Of a stretch of 64,000 nucleotides of DNA, positions 30,801 to 43,000 are shown piece by piece (position 1 is the stretch's first letter; every line of letters begins with the position of its first letter). The stretch covers positions 5,766,001 to 5,830,000 of the forward strand of contig NC_092674.1 in NCBI RefSeq assembly GCF_964355755.1, given 5' to 3'. Source of the DNA: Antedon mediterranea. Taxonomy: Eukaryota > Animalia > Echinodermata. Position numbers and translations under genes: made by a program. The notes under the pieces were generated by a model. That model saw only the letters and a program-made list of their open reading frames with translations. It was not told the origin of the DNA and ran no database searches.

Positions 30801-31214
30801 TCATTGGGTCTTACACAGACTCTTGCACAAAGAACAATTGGCAAGTATAACATTTCTGTAGTCCAGAGATCTTTAGATCATAGGGGACTGGATGTCAGCA
30901 CTGATGACACAGTCTGGCATATTTATTTTGGTGTCAGCATTAATGATGCCAGAGAAGAAGTAATGGAGTTTGCAAAGTTGGTTGCTACAGAAGAAGCTTG
31001 GAAGAAGGAACAGGAAAATTTAATTGACATGAAAAAAGGAAGGAGAACTTGGAGTGCAGAAGAGACGAGAAGGATAATAGAACACGGTAGACTAACAGAG
31101 TATGATTCGTACTATATCTTTGATGTAGGTGTTTACCCCCAGATTGCTTTTGATGGCAATAGCATAACATTCTTAACACCTGAGGAAGCAACAGATCACA
31201 CACAATTACAATGA
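756..31214 (+). CDS. TENM: Teneurin (Ten-m/Odz family) type II transmembrane adhesion protein, whole-gene model, 25 coding exons, ~2714 aa
   Basis: Joined exons give the canonical teneurin order: SGRSS..SLTLTETE intracellular motif, CSWKC+TM helix, EGF repeats with Cys->Tyr in EGF2, DCEDPDCC, NHL repeats, YD repeats, RHS core [29 protein letters not shown], Tox-GHH-like tail. All junctions are GT-AG and phase-compatible. Paralog number cannot be assigned. Confidence 0.96.
2487..2683. mobile_element. Degenerate Tc1/mariner-type MITE
   Basis: TA-AAGTAGAAC...GTTCTACTT-TA terminal inverted repeats with TA flanks; internal repeated GGGACA/CCCTATT motifs. Confidence 0.55.
2689..3398 (+). mobile_element. 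Non-autonomous Helentron/DINE-1-like (HINE) element
   Basis: Starts in a T-run; subterminal inverted repeat AGTCGCGTG (2694)/CACGCGACT (3367); 5' stem AGTCGC..GCGACT; (GTCG/GTCT)n microsatellite; 3' hairpin GCCAT-ctat-ATGGC then TTGTT; CpG-rich versus flanks. Confidence 0.75.
3938..4043. mobile_element. MITE family A, partial copy
   Basis: One terminus GTTTGATAGTGTAAACAGAGCTT plus internal GGCACATCACA and CCCAAATAT motifs shared with the 4777 copy. Confidence 0.7.
4777..4934. mobile_element. MITE family A (~160 bp; TIR GCTCTGTCTACACTATCAAAC), PIF/Harbinger-like
   Basis: GCTCTATCTACACTATCAAAC...GTTTGATAGTGTAGACAGAGC; five related copies in the window. Superfamily inferred from TAA/TTA flanks. 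Confidence 0.8.
8184..8292 (+). CDS. TENM: Teneurin exon 2 (intracellular domain)
   Basis: tttag|KQVRHHSNREDQSESGRSSGSSLTLTETEMEDGFSG|gtatgt; resembles the vertebrate teneurin SGRSS...LTLTDTE motif; below ORF-track cutoff. Confidence 0.85.
9125..9700. repeat. Tandem duplication (~257-bp period) of modules carrying TTACTGCAG...CTGCAGTAA hairpins
   Basis: Block from ~9133 repeated at ~9390; about five palindromic sub-modules. Confidence 0.85.
10365..10613 (+). CDS. TENM: Teneurin exon 3 (intracellular domain)
   Basis: acag|...VPSTMNSRH...FIQNQ|gtggga, phase 1-1, within ORF 10325..10777. Confidence 0.75.
11490..11625 (+). CDS. TENM: Teneurin exon 4 (intracellular domain)
   Basis: Pyrimidine tract+gcag|ALPSIPVDG...NSRQT|gtacgt, phase 1-2. 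Confidence 0.75.
13871..14106 (+). CDS. TENM: Teneurin exon 5 (basic juxtamembrane segment + TM helix)
   Basis: KYRRIKSKYSCWDHCSWKCMALVLLIMVCALITALICLT; CSWKC before the TM is teneurin-typical; phase 2-1. Confidence 0.92.
15624..15728 (+). CDS. TENM: Teneurin exon 6 (extracellular linker)
   Basis: Poly-T+cag|AVKLFQQETHP...GPTKLP|gtgaga, phase 1-1. Confidence 0.8.
15980..16462 (+). CDS. TENM: Teneurin exon 7 (pre-EGF beta-sandwich with furin-type RSRR)
   Basis: AVYGRRGGPPTHTVYDFVE and FVQFMEEGSWYIGIFNDG motifs. Confidence 0.93.
16709..16813 (+). CDS. TENM: Teneurin exon 8 (EGF1)
   Basis: [29 protein letters not shown]. Confidence 0.92.
17443..17637 (+). CDS. TENM: Teneurin exon 9 (EGF2 with Cys->Tyr, EGF3)
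   Basis: CPTLCSTHGQYHDGVCIC... and CLDPDCSGNGRC... Confidence 0.94.
19148..19435 (+). CDS. TENM: Teneurin exon 10 (EGF4 + non-EGF linker); alternative in-phase donor after 19291
   Basis: Long pyrimidine tract+aaag|ADCMEHTCSGNGICQNTICSCHPGWAGYKC...; donors g|gtaaaa (19291) and g|gtaaag (19435) are both phase 1. Confidence 0.75.
20065..20409 (+). CDS. TENM: Teneurin exon 11 (three EGF repeats equivalent to EGF6-8)
   Basis: Three 6-Cys EGF repeats, then ELDCEDSVDNDG. Confidence 0.95.
21008..21209 (+). CDS. TENM: Teneurin exon 12 (Cys-rich region)
   Basis: DLLRDCEDPDCC...SFYDRMKFL. Confidence 0.93.
22559..22678 (+). CDS. TENM: Teneurin exon 13 (TTR/carboxypeptidase-like domain)
   Basis: SVVRGMVMTEDGSPLVGV...TYTRYDG; absent from ORF track. 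Confidence 0.92.
22708..22898. mobile_element. 191-bp foldback/MITE with 29-bp TIRs
   Basis: GTTATTTTAAAATTCTATTTTGACCAACC ... GGTTTGTCAAAATAGAATTTTAAAATAAC (1 mismatch); internal hairpins TGTTAGG..CCTAACA and AGTGCTC..GAGCACT. Confidence 0.8.
23036..23185. mobile_element. MITE family A copy (opposite orientation)
   Basis: CTACACTATCAAACTTTATGTG...TGTAGACATAGCT with three ATCACTACCATATTTGGGC-like internal repeats. Confidence 0.75.
23366..23645 (+). CDS. TENM: Teneurin exon 14
   Basis: FDMLVVGGGSIKLQFTREPF. Confidence 0.92.
23802..24066 (+). CDS. TENM: Teneurin exon 15 (FN-plug/Ig-like)
   Basis: YTFSWDRTDAYGQKVYG. Confidence 0.94.
24215..24355 (+). CDS. TENM: Teneurin exon 16
   Basis: VSVGYEFQGCKEILWDKK...LAGWNL. 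Confidence 0.92.
24609..24858 (+). CDS. TENM: Teneurin exon 17 (NHL start)
   Basis: TIMGNGKLRSLTCSQCNG...APVALA...YVGDYNFIRKI. Confidence 0.95.
25054..25286 (+). CDS. TENM: Teneurin exon 18 (NHL)
   Basis: KYYLATSPLDG...VAGTGTLCLP...CGDDGPA. Confidence 0.94.
25686..26733 (+). CDS. TENM: Teneurin exon 19 (NHL to YD shell)
   Basis: GISVANDGTVYFIDG...IADQGNLRIRTV; within and upstream of ORF 25742..26737. Confidence 0.95.
27002..27177 (+). CDS. TENM: Teneurin exon 20 (YD repeats)
   Basis: YDEFGHLMSTVTPTG; phase 2-1. Confidence 0.9.
27643..27890 (+). CDS. TENM: Teneurin exon 21
   Basis: ...HRLEWRFYGRR...VGRRLR|gtaagt, joining to VNG. Confidence 0.9.
28070..28378 (+). CDS. TENM: Teneurin exon 22 (YD repeats)
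   Basis: VNGDNVLTFEY...NVSYDNRGRFTKW. Confidence 0.93.
28496..30104 (+). CDS. TENM: Teneurin exon 23 (YD shell + RHS core)
   Basis: [45 protein letters not shown]. Confidence 0.97.
30250..30374 (+). CDS. TENM: Teneurin exon 24
   Basis: acag|DTASWLPLLGFNIQTLMP...CK|gttagt. Confidence 0.85.
30468..31214 (+). CDS. TENM: Teneurin last coding exon (ABD + Tox-GHH/TCAP region)
   Basis: EAWKKEQ...RRTWSAEETRRIIEHGRLTEYD...YPQIAFDGNSITFL; TGA at 31212-31214. Confidence 0.92.
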   Translation, partial: EVTSPMCKFANQLDAFNIHFKANPTTQLIPSHLDESSKSCSGHQSKSGLQLTLQRDTLFVNPPESGTSTDRNIAALLSGAIPLQNLRHYEYTKEHVYLVKESEDSFLNDLRSLGLTQTLAQRTIGKYNISVVQRSLDHRGLDVSTDDTVWHIYFGVSINDAREEVMEFAKLVATEEAWKKEQENLIDMKKGRRTWSAEETRRIIEHGRLTEYDSYYIFDVGVYPQIAFDGNSITFLTPEEATDHTQLQ

Positions 31215-33940
31215 TATGCAGTGTGAAATATCCTCTCATCAACGCAACAAGTAGCAGCTGATATAAAAATTGCTTTCTTTGACTCTTAGTCCGAGAAAGA
31301 GCGATGAGAATAAGGCGTGTATACTGCAATAGTGATTCTTTACATGATTGTGTGATGCAACTTTCTTTTTTTTTATATATAAATTTATAACCCTTGTAAA
31401 TTGTGTACATTTTGAGGGGAAAAAAATAATGGTGCTAGATGTATTACGTTAGAAGTTGGACATTGTAAAAAAACTAGAAATGCACAGCATATGTATTTAA
31501 AGAAAGTCATAGTAAGTGTTAGAATGGGTTGTGTGCTATCCTATGATTAATTGATTGATTGCTCGATTGATTGATTTTATTTGCTTTTAGATCATTGATT
31601 ATGTTGGTTAAACGTAAATGCGTTTAATATATGGTTGATACAAATATGTGTTAAGAATTGATACAAAATAATAAATTTAGTACAAATTAATTGATATTTA
31701 ATTAAGGATTGCTTATTGATTAATTGTATCACTGATTGAAATTCATAAATTTATTTACTACTAATAATAAACGTTTTGATAAATCATGCTATAAAGTTTT
31801 TACCAAATTTAATTCTTTTGACTGAGTTTATTAAAAATTGTAAATAATACATTTAAAATATAATAATGCTCCCATAATAATGCTCTTAATTGTTTAAAAG
31901 AAATATTTATGCAACTCCCTATCTTTATGGAGTTTATTATTTTGATTGTCTTAAGCAGGCTTAGAGACGAATTACTATAGAGATGAATTTTATGTGATTC
32001 CTTATTTCTTGTCACATAAATGTGCCAAATATGTATATTAAACATGTTCTATTGATTTTCAAAAGATAGATAAATTGTAAAAAAAAAATGTAATTGTATT
32101 TAGTAAAATAATAGCAGCAAACTACCTTGAAAATTATTAAATGTAGTTAATTATTTTCAGTTCTATATATAATAATCATAAATTGCTCAAAATTAAAGGG
32201 TAGCTCCGGATTTATCATATATACCAATAGAATGTTTTAAACCAGGAGCTAGCGTTTTAATACTTTTTTGTAAACTTTGTATTATTGTAGGCATGTGGTA
32301 CTTTATTTCTTAAAGGGCAAGTCCAGGTTCAACAGCTTCACTGCTTATGAAAGTGAAGGTATTAGCAATGTGTACTGTAATATATTTTATATAAAAAAAA
32401 TGTCTTTAAACCTGGAATTCTCCTTAAAGAAACCTTTATTAAGTAGCTACCATATTGTGTGCTTGTTTTATTTTTTGTGTCTTTTTTAAAGTTTATTTTT
32501 CTACATTTTTTGTTAAATTTCCTGTTATGTATTAAGGAATGTATTATATTTGTAATTAATTGTTTTACATTTTATTATTTCAACAATTAAGCTTGAAATA
32601 ATAATAAATAATTTGTAAATATATAGAAAAGTCTGTGTGTAAACATTGGCAGGATTTTTTTAATAATTTTTATTTGTACTAACGAACAAATATCTTGTTT
32701 ACCCTAATTTAGTTTTTGTTAATTAAATAACTTCTTAACCATTTTCTTTGAATCCCTGTCCTAATGTCTTTCAATTTCAACTATATATTATATATAGATG
32801 TGAATGACCTACGTTTGTCAAAATTAATGTCATTTTTAACAAAAAAAATAAAATTTTTAAGTAATCTTTATTGAATGTAAAATATTAATAATAGTTTTTT
32901 TGTAAATGTATAGATTTACTGAATTAATTAAATAATAACATTAATTATTAATGTTGTAATTAATTCTTAGATGTTTTCTATATTGCTTGTTTGCTTAAAA
33001 AAAATAAAGATGTATTTATGACGTCCGATAATAATCAACTTCGTTGTAGTGATTGCATGCATAATTAATATTGCCTTTAGATCTATTAATATCAATTTGC
33101 TTTTGGTATTATTACTTTAAAACAGCATGTGATATAGCTGAACATAAAAATATTTCATTGTTTTTAAATGAAACTCATACGTGTTTTGTGTTACTGTACC
33201 TCGTCGGTTAGATAACCTCTTTCCCCCGCAGAGTTCTTGTTTTTCTCACAGTTTGTATGGGAGTGCGCATGCTTTTATGTATAAAAACTCGAAAAGTTTT
33301 TTAATGCTAAAATGTACACACAAGTATTAACATTCATATTTATTCAATTTAAAATGTTTTATTCCAATTGTTGTTACGTTGCCAAGGGAAACACTGAACA
33401 TTATCATGTTGTTTGTTTTAACATTTATTTTTCTTTTTAAAAGCTGCGTCCTTGTGTAGAGATGAATATACATATATTTACCATGTTTCATAATAAAAGA
33501 CATTTTTGTCATAAATTGAATATTTAGTTCGTATTGGTGTTAATTTTTTTAATATTTGTCAACTGACCAACATATGATATTTATCTTAAGGGGTCGAGGT
33601 AAAAATGAAGAAATGCTGAATATTTTGCATTGACATTTACGAAATTTAGGGCGATGACCTATGGGTCCGCCTATGTATATCAACTGCAGTGAGCAAAATT
33701 ATTTTTTTTTTAACCAACACAAAACTTGTTATTATAATAAAAACTGGTATAAATAACATTTACAAAAATCTGCACCACCGATATACCCAGTCAGCGGAAG
33801 CTATGAACCAATCGTAGCCATTGAATTGGAAGAATGCTAATTTAAATATGAAGGGAACGAGACATACCATTGAGTTGAGTGACGACTCATGGATATGAAC
33901 CTAGTGTGTTGTTACGTTGAAGATAAACCATAGAATGGAT

Positions 33941-34008
33941 AAACGAGTAATGAACAACGTATTTAGAAAAAAAAACGAGCAGTGAACAACGTATTTTGAA
34001 CGACGAGC
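33941..34008 (-). repeat. Two to three units of the 50.5-kb minisatellite monomer in reverse orientation
   Basis: AAACGAGTAATGAACAACGTATTT and AAACGAGCAGTGAACAACGTATTTTGA match the reverse complement of TCAAAATACGTTGTTCATTGCTCGTTT. Confidence 0.7.
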
Positions 34009-37000
34009 GGTATTTTAACCAAGATTGACAAGATGGCAATAATAGTAAACCAAGGTCAGTTACATGTGTCTTACATAGATACAGTATTTAGATATTGATA
34101 GAAAATCTGAATTTCGGTCTGTGGTGGTCAGTATTATATATTATTCCGTGTGCGAATTATCCCGGCAATATAATACATAACAATTGAATTTTAGGCTTTG
34201 ATTGATTTGGGCATTTTTTGAAAAAATCCCTGTAATATATAGTACAGGGATTATACTGGTTACTATGGCTCTATAAGACGATACAAAGCAATATATGTGC
34301 ATATATAGCCATATTATCGCCATATTATCGCATAATAATTTTAAAAAGTCTATATTTTTTGGCATTTTCGAAAAAATCCCTGTACAGGGATTTAAAAAAA
34401 AAAATGCTATAGTAACCATTTATGTCAAAAGTGGTTACTATAGCCCAATTGACATGCGCAGAACTCTGCGTATGTTTATTATGCTATAGTAACCATTTAT
34501 ATCAGAAAATAAGAGGGTCGAAAATCGGCCATTTTTCGAAAATTTTTCTGTACTATATATAGTACAGGGATTTTTTCAAAAAATGGCCGATTTTCGACCT
34601 TTTATTTTTCGATAAAACTGGTTACTTTAGCACAATTGACATGCGCAGAACCCATTATTCGATTCTGCGCATGTTTATTACGCTATAGTAACCATTTATA
34701 TCAGAAAATAAAAGGGTCGAAAATCGGGCATTTTTCGACAATTTTCCTGTACTATAGTGCAGGGATTTTGTCAAAAAATGGCCGATTTTTTACCTTTTTA
34801 TTTTTCAATAAAACTGGTTACTATAGCAGAATTGACATGCTAAGAACGCATTATTCGACTCTGCGCATGTTTATTATGCTATAGTAACCATTTCTGTCAA
34901 AAGGGGTTACTATAGCCCAATTGACATGCTCAGAACCCATTATTCGACTCTGCGCATGTTTATTAGTCTATAGTAACCATTTATATCAAAAAATAAAAGA
35001 GTTGAAAATCGGCCATTTTTCGTAAATTTCCCTGTACTATAGTACAGGGATTTTTTTAGAAAATGGCCGATTTTCGACCTTTTTATTTTTCGATAAAACT
35101 GGATACTATAGCACAATTGACATGCGCAGAACGCATTATTCGACTCTGCGCATGTTTATTATGCTATAGTAACCATTTATGTCAAAAGTGGTTACTATAG
35201 CTCAATTGACATGCGCAGAACCCTTTATTCGAGTCTGCGCATGTTTATTATTCTATAGTAACCATTTATGTCAAAAGTGGTTACTATAGCCCAATTGACA
35301 TGCTCAGAACCCATTATTCGACTCTGCGCATGTTTATTATGCTATAGTAACCATTTATATAAAAAAGAAAAGGGTCGAAAATCTGCCATTTTTCGAAAAT
35401 TTTCCTGTACTATAGTAGAGGGATTTTTAAAAAAAAATGGCCGATTTTCGACCTTTTATTTTTCGATAAAACTGGTTACTATAGCACAATTGACATGCGC
35501 AGAACCCATTATTCGATTCTGCGCATGTTTATTACGCTATAGTAACCATTTATATCAGAAAATAAAAGGGTCGAAAATCGGCCATTTTTCGACAATTTTC
35601 CTGTACTATAGTACAGGGATTTTGTCAAAAAATGGCCGATTTTTTACCTTTTTATTTTTCGATAAAACTGGTTACTATAGCAGAATTGACATGCGAAGAA
35701 CGCATTATTCGACTCTGCGCATGTTTATTATGCTATAGTAACCATTTCTGTCAAAAGGGGTTACTATAGCCCAATTGACATGCTCAGAACCCATTATTCG
35801 ACTCTGCGCATGTTTATTATGCTATAGTAACCATTTATATCAAAAAGAAAAGGGTCTAAAATCTGCCATTTTTCGTAAATTTCCCTGTACTATAGTACAG
35901 AGATTTTTTTAAAGAAATGGCCGATTTTCAATCTTTTATTTTTCGATAAAACTGGTTACTATAGCACAATTGACATGCGCAAAACCCATTATTCGATTCT
36001 GCGCATGTTTATTACGCTATAGTAACCATTTATATCAGAAAATAAAAGGGTCGAAAATCGGCCATTTTTAGAAAATTTTCCTGTACTATAGTACAGGGAT
36101 TTTGTCAAAAAATGGCCGATTTTTTACCTTTTTATTTTTCGATAAAACTGGTTACTATAGCAGAATTGGCATGCGCAGAACGCATTATTCGACTCTGCGC
36201 ATGTTTATTATGCTATAGTAACCATTTATGTCAAAAGTGGTTACTATAGCCCAATTGACATGCGCAGAACCCATTATTCGACTCTGCGCATGTTTATTAT
36301 GCTATAGTAACCATTTATATCAAAAAATAAAAGGGTCGAAAATCTGCCATTTTTCGAAAATTTTCCTGTACTATAGTACAGGAATTTTTTTTTTAAAATG
36401 GCCGATTTTCAACCTTTTTATTTTTCGATAAAACTGGTTACTATAGCACAATTGACATGCGCAGAACGCATTATTCGACTCTGCGCATGTTTATTATGCT
36501 ATAGTAACCATTTATGTCAAAAGTGGTTACTATAGCACAATTGACATGCGCAGAACCCATTATTCGACTCTGCGCATGTTTATTATGCTATAGTAACCAT
36601 TTATATCAAAAAATAAAAGGGTCGAAAATCGGACCTTTTTCGAAAATTTCCCGGTACTATAGTAAAGGGATTTTTTCAAAAAATGGCCGATTTCCGACCT
36701 TTTTATTTTTCGGTAAAACTGGTTACTATAGCACAATTGACATGCGCAGAACGCATTATTCGACTCTGCGCATGTTTATTATGCTATAGTAACCATTTAT
36801 GTCAAAAGTGGTTACTATAGCCCAATTGACATGCACAGAACGTATTATGCGACTCTGCGCATGTTTATTATGCTATAGTAACCATTTATATCAAAAAAAT
36901 AAAAGGGTCGAAAATCGGTCATTTTTCGAAAATTTCCCTTTACTATAGTACAGGGATTTTTTTAGAAAATGGCCGATTTTCGACCTTTTTATTTTTCGAT

Positions 37001-40000
37001 AAAACTGGTTACTATAGCACAATTGACATGCGCACAACCCATTATTCGATTCTGCGCGTGTTTATTACGCTATAGTAACCATTTATATCAGAAAATAAAA
37101 GGGTCGAAAATCGGCCATTTTTCGAAAATTTTCCTGTACTATAGTACAGGGATTTTGTCAAAAAGTGGCCGATTTTTGACCTTTTTATTTTTCGATAAAA
37201 CTGGTTACTATAGCAGAATTGACATGCACAGAACGCATTATTCGACTCTGCGCATGTTTATTATGCTATAGTAACTATTTATGTCAAAAGTGGTTACTAT
37301 AGCCCAATTGACATGCGCAGAACCCATTATTCGACTCTGCGCATGTTTACTATGCTGTAGTAACCATTTATATCAAAAAATAAAAGGGTCGAAAATCAGC
37401 CATTTTTTGAAAATTTTCCTGTACTATAGTACAGGGATTTTTTTTAAAAAATGGCCGATTTTCGACCTTTTTATTTTTCGATAAAACTGGTTACTATAGC
37501 ACAATTGACATGCGCAGAACGCATTATTCGACTCTGCGCATGTTTATTATGCTATAGTAACCATTTATGTCAAAAGTGGTTACTATAGCCCAATTGACAT
37601 GCGCAGAACCCATTATTCGACTCTGCGCATGTTTATTATGCTATAGTAACCATTTATATAAAAAAGGAAAGGGTCGAAAATCTGCCATTTTTCGAAAATC
37701 TTCCTGTACTATAGTACAGGGATTTAAAAAAAAAAATGGCCGATTTTTGACCTTTTATTTTTCGATAAAACTGGTTACTATAGCACAATTGACATGCGCA
37801 GAACCCATTATTCGATTCTGCGCATGTTTATTACGCTATATTAACCATTTATATCAGAAAATAAAAGGGTTGAAAATCGGCCATTTTTCGAAAATTTTCC
37901 TGTACTATAGTACAGGGATTTTGTCAAAAAATGGCCGATTTTTGACCTTTTTATTTTCGATAAAACTGGTTACTATAGCAGAATTGACATGCGCAGAATG
38001 CATTATTCGACTCTGCGCATGTTTATTATGCTATAGTAACCATTTATGTCAAAAGTGGTTACTATAGCCCAATTGACATGCGCAGAACCCATTATTCGAC
38101 TCTGCGCATTTTTATTATGCTATAGTAACCATTTATATCAAAAAATAAAAGGGTCGAAAATCTGCCATTTTTCGAAAATTTTCCTGTACTATAGTACAGG
38201 GATTTTTTTTTAAAAATGGCCGATTTTCGACCTTTTTATTTTTCGATAAAACTGGTTACCATAGCACAATTGACATGCGCAAAACGCATTATTCGACTCT
38301 GCGCATGTTTATTATGCTATAGTAACCATTTATGTCAAAAGTGGTTACTATAGCCCAATTGACATGCGCAGAACCCATTATTCGACTCTGCGCATGTTTA
38401 CTATGCTGTAGTAACCATTTATATCAAAAAATAAAAGGGTCGAAAATCAGCCATTTTTTGAAAATTTTCCTGTACTATAGTACTGGGATTTTTTTTTAAA
38501 AATTGCCGATTTTCGACCTTTTCATTTTTCGATAAAACTGGTTACTATAGCACAATTGACATGCGCAGAACGCATTATTCGACTCTGCGCATGTTTATTA
38601 TGCTATAGTAACCATTTATGTCAAAAGTGGTTACTATAGCCCAATTGACATGCGCAGAACCCATTATTCGACTCTGCGCATGTTTATTATGCTATAGTAA
38701 CCATTTATATAAAAAAGGAAAGGGTCGAAAATCTGCCATTTTTCGAAAATTTTCCTGTACTATAGTACAGGGATTTTAAAAAAAAAATGGCCGATTTTCG
38801 ACCTTTTATTTTTCGATAAAACTGGTTACTATAGCACAATTGACATGCGCAGAAACCATTATTCGACTCTGCGCATGTTTATTATGCTATAGTAACCATT
38901 TATATCAAAAAATAAAAGGGTCGAAAATCGGCCCTTTTTCGAAAATTTCCCGGTACTATAGTAAAGGGATTTTTTCAAAAAATGGCCGTTTTCCGACCTT
39001 TTTATTTTTCGGTAAAACTGGTTACTATAGCACAATTGACATGCGCAGAACGCATTATTCGACTCTGCGCATGTTTATTATGCTATAGTAACCATTTATG
39101 TCAAAAGTGGTTACTATAGCCCAATTGACATGCACAGAACGTATTATTCGACTCTGCGCATGTTTATTATGCTATAGTAACCATTTATATCAGAAAATAA
39201 AAGGGTCGAAAATCGGCCATTTTTCGAAAATTTTCCTGTACTATAGTACAGGGATTTTGTCAAAAAATGGCCGATTTTTTACCTTTTTATTTTTCGATAA
39301 AACTGGTTACTATAGCAGAATTGACATGCGCAGAACGCATTATTCGACTCTGCGCATGTTTATTATGCTATAGTAACCATTTATGTCAAAAGTGGTTACT
39401 ATAGCCCAATTGACATGCGCAGAACCCATTATTCGACTCTGCGCATGTTTATTATGCTATAGTAACCATTTATATCAAAAAATAAAAGGGTCGAAAATCT
39501 GCCATTTTTGAAAATTTTCCTGTATATATAGTACAGGGATTTTTTTAGAAAATGGCCGATTTTCGACCTTTTTATTTTTCGATAAAACTGGATACTATAG
39601 CACAATTGACATGCGCAGAACGCATTATTCGACTCTGCGCATGTTTATTATGCTATAGTAACCATTTATATCAAAAAATAAAAGGGTCGAAAATCTGCCA
39701 TTTTTAAAAATTTTCCTGTATTATAGTACAGGGATTTTTTTAGAAAATGGCCAATTTTCGACCTTTTTATTTTTCGATAAAACTTGTTACTATTGCACAA
39801 TTGACATGCGCAGAACGCATTATTCGACTCTGCGCATGTTTATTAGTCTATGGTAACCATTTATATTAAAAAATAAAAGGGTGGAAAATCGGCCATTTTT
39901 CGTAAATTTCCCTGTACTATAGTACAGGAATTTTTTTAGAAAATGGCCGATTTTCGACCTTTTTATTTTTCGATAAAACTGGATACTATAGCACAATTGA

Positions 40001-43000
40001 CATGCGCAGAACGCATTATTCGACTCTGCGCATGTTTATTATGCTATAGTAACCATTTATGTCAAAAGTGGTTACTATAGCCCAATTGACATGCGCAGAA
40101 CCCATTATTCGACTCTGCGCATGTTTATTATGCTATAGTAACCATTTATATCAAAAAATAAAAGGGTCGAAAATCTGCCATTTTTCGAAAATTTTCCTGT
40201 ACTATAGTACAGGAATTTTTTTTTTAAAATGGCCGATTTTCAACCTTTTTATTTTTCGATAAAACTGGTTACTATAGCACAATTGACATGCGCAGAACGC
40301 ATTATTCGACTCTGCGCATGTTTATTATGCTATAGTAACCATTTATGTCAAAAGTGGTTACTATAGCACAATTGACATGCGCAGAACCCATTATTCGACT
40401 CTGCGCATGTTTATTATGCTATAGTAACCATTTATATCAAAAAATAAAAGGGTCGAAAATCGGACCTTTTTCGAAAATTTCCCGGTACTATAGTAAAGGG
40501 ATTTTTTCAAAAAATGGCCGATTTCCGACCTTTTTATTTTTCGGTAAAACTGGTTACTATAGCACAATTGACATGCGCAGAACGCATTATTCGACTCTGC
40601 GCATGTTTATTATGCTATAGTAACCATTTATGTCAAAAGTGGTTACTATAGCCCAATTGACATGCACAGAACGTATTATGCGACTCTGCGCATGTTTATT
40701 ATGCTATAGTAACCATTTATATCAAAAAAATAAAAGGGTCGAAAATCGGTCATTTTTCGAAAATTTCCCTTTACTATAGTACAGGGATTTTTTTAGAAAA
40801 TGGCCGATTTTCGACCTTTTTATTTTTCGATAAAACTGGTTACTATAGCACAATTGACATGCGCAGAACCCATTATTCGATTCTGCGCGTGTTTATTACG
40901 CTATAGTAACCATTTATATCAGAAAATAAAAGGGTCGAAAATCGGCCATTTTTCGAAAATTTTCCTGTACTATAGTACAGGGATTTTGTCAAAAAGTGGC
41001 CGATTTTTGACCTTTTTATTTTTCGATAAAACTGGTTACTATAGCAGAATTGACATGCACAGAACGCATTATTCGACTCTGCGCATGTTTATTATGCTAT
41101 AGTAACCATTTATGTCAAAAGTGGTTACTATAGCCCAATTGACATGCGCAGAACCCATTATTCGACTCTGCGCATGTTTACTATGCTGTAGTAACCATTT
41201 ATATCAAAAAATAAAAGGGTCGAAAATCAGCCATTTTTTGAAAATTTTCCTGTACTATAGTACAGGGATTTTTTTTTAAAAATGGCCGATTTTCGACCTT
41301 TTTATTTTTCGATAAAACTGGTTACTATAGCACAATTGACATGCGCAGAACGCATTATTCGACTCTGCGCATGTTTATTATGCTATAGTAACCATTTATG
41401 TCAAAAGTGGTTACTATAGCCCAATTGACATGCGCAGAACCCATTATTCGACTCTGCGCATGTTTATTATGCTATAGTAACCATTTATATAAAAAAGGAA
41501 AGGGTCGAAAATCTGCCATTTTTCGAAAATTTTCCTGTACTATAGTACAGGGATTTTAAAAAAAAATGGCCGATTTTTGACCTTTTATTTTTCGATAAAA
41601 CTGGTTACTATAGCACAATTGACATGCGCAGAACCCATTATTCGATTCTGCGCATGTTTATTACGCTATATTAACCATTTATATCAGAAAATAAAAGGGT
41701 TGAAAATCGGCCATTTTTCGAAAATTTTCCTGTACTATAGTACAGGGATTTTGTCAAAAAATGGCCGATTTTTGACCTTTTTATTTTCGATAAAACTGGT
41801 TACTATAGCAGAATTGACATGCGCAGAATGCATTATTCGACTCTGCGCATGTTTATTATGCTATAGTAACCATTTATGTCAAAAGTGGTTACTATAGCCC
41901 AATTGACATGCGCAGAACCCATTATTCGACTCTGCGCATTTTTATTATGCTATAGTAACCATTTATATCAAAAAATAAAAGGGTCGAAAATCTGCCATTT
42001 TTCGAAAATTTTCCTGTACTATAGTACAGGGATTTTTTTTTAAAAATGGCCGATTTTCGACCTTTTTATTTTTCGATAAAACTGGTTACTATAGCACAAT
42101 TGACATGCGCAAAACGCATTATTCGACTCTGCGCATGTTTATTATGCTATAGTAACCATTTATGTCAAAAGTGGTTACTATAGCCCAATTGACATGCGCA
42201 GAACCCATTATTCGACTCTGCGCATGTTTACTATGCTGTAGTAACCATTTATATCAAAAAATAAAAGGGTCGAAAATCAGCCATTTTTTGAAAATTTTCC
42301 TGTACTATAGTACAGGGATTTTTTTTTAAAAATGGCCGATTTTCGACCTTTTCATTTTTCGATAAAACTGGTTACTATAGCACAATTGACATGCGCAGAA
42401 CGCATTATTCGACTCTGCGCATGTTTATTATGCTATAGTAACCATTTATGTCAAAAGTGGTTACTATAGCCCAATTGACATGCGCAGAACCCATTATTCG
42501 ACTCTGCGCATGTTTATTATGCTATAGTAACCATTTATATAAAAAAGGAAAGGGTCGAAAATCTGCCATTTTTAGAAAATTTTCCTGTACTATAGTACAG
42601 GGATTTTAAAAAAAAAATGGCCGATTTTCGACCTTTTATTTTTCGATAAAACTGGTTACTATAGCACAATTGACATGCGCAGAAACCATTATTCGACTCT
42701 GCGCATGTTTATTATGCTATAGTAACCATTTATATCAAAAAATAAAAGGGTCGAAAATCGGCCCTTTTTCGAAAATTTCCCGGTACTATAGTAAAGGGAT
42801 TTTTTCAAAAAATGGCCGTTTTCCGACCTTTTTATTTTTCGGTAAAACTGGTTACTATAGCACAATTGACATGCGCAGAACGCATTATTCGACTCTGCGC
42901 ATGTTTATTATGCTATAGTAACCATTTATGTCAAAAGTGGTTACTATAGCCCAATTGACATGCACAGAACGTATTATTCGACTCTGCGCATGTTTATTAT

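Noticed and set aside
28496-31214. Bacterial RHS/YD toxin or horizontal transfer
   Set aside because: YD/RHS and Tox-GHH similarity is the known architecture of all teneurins; this segment is spliced into the host gene.
34640-34675. NRF1-like sites (TGCGCATG) in every satellite unit
   Set aside because: Only half-sites separated by the loop; the full TGCGCATGCGCA motif is absent.
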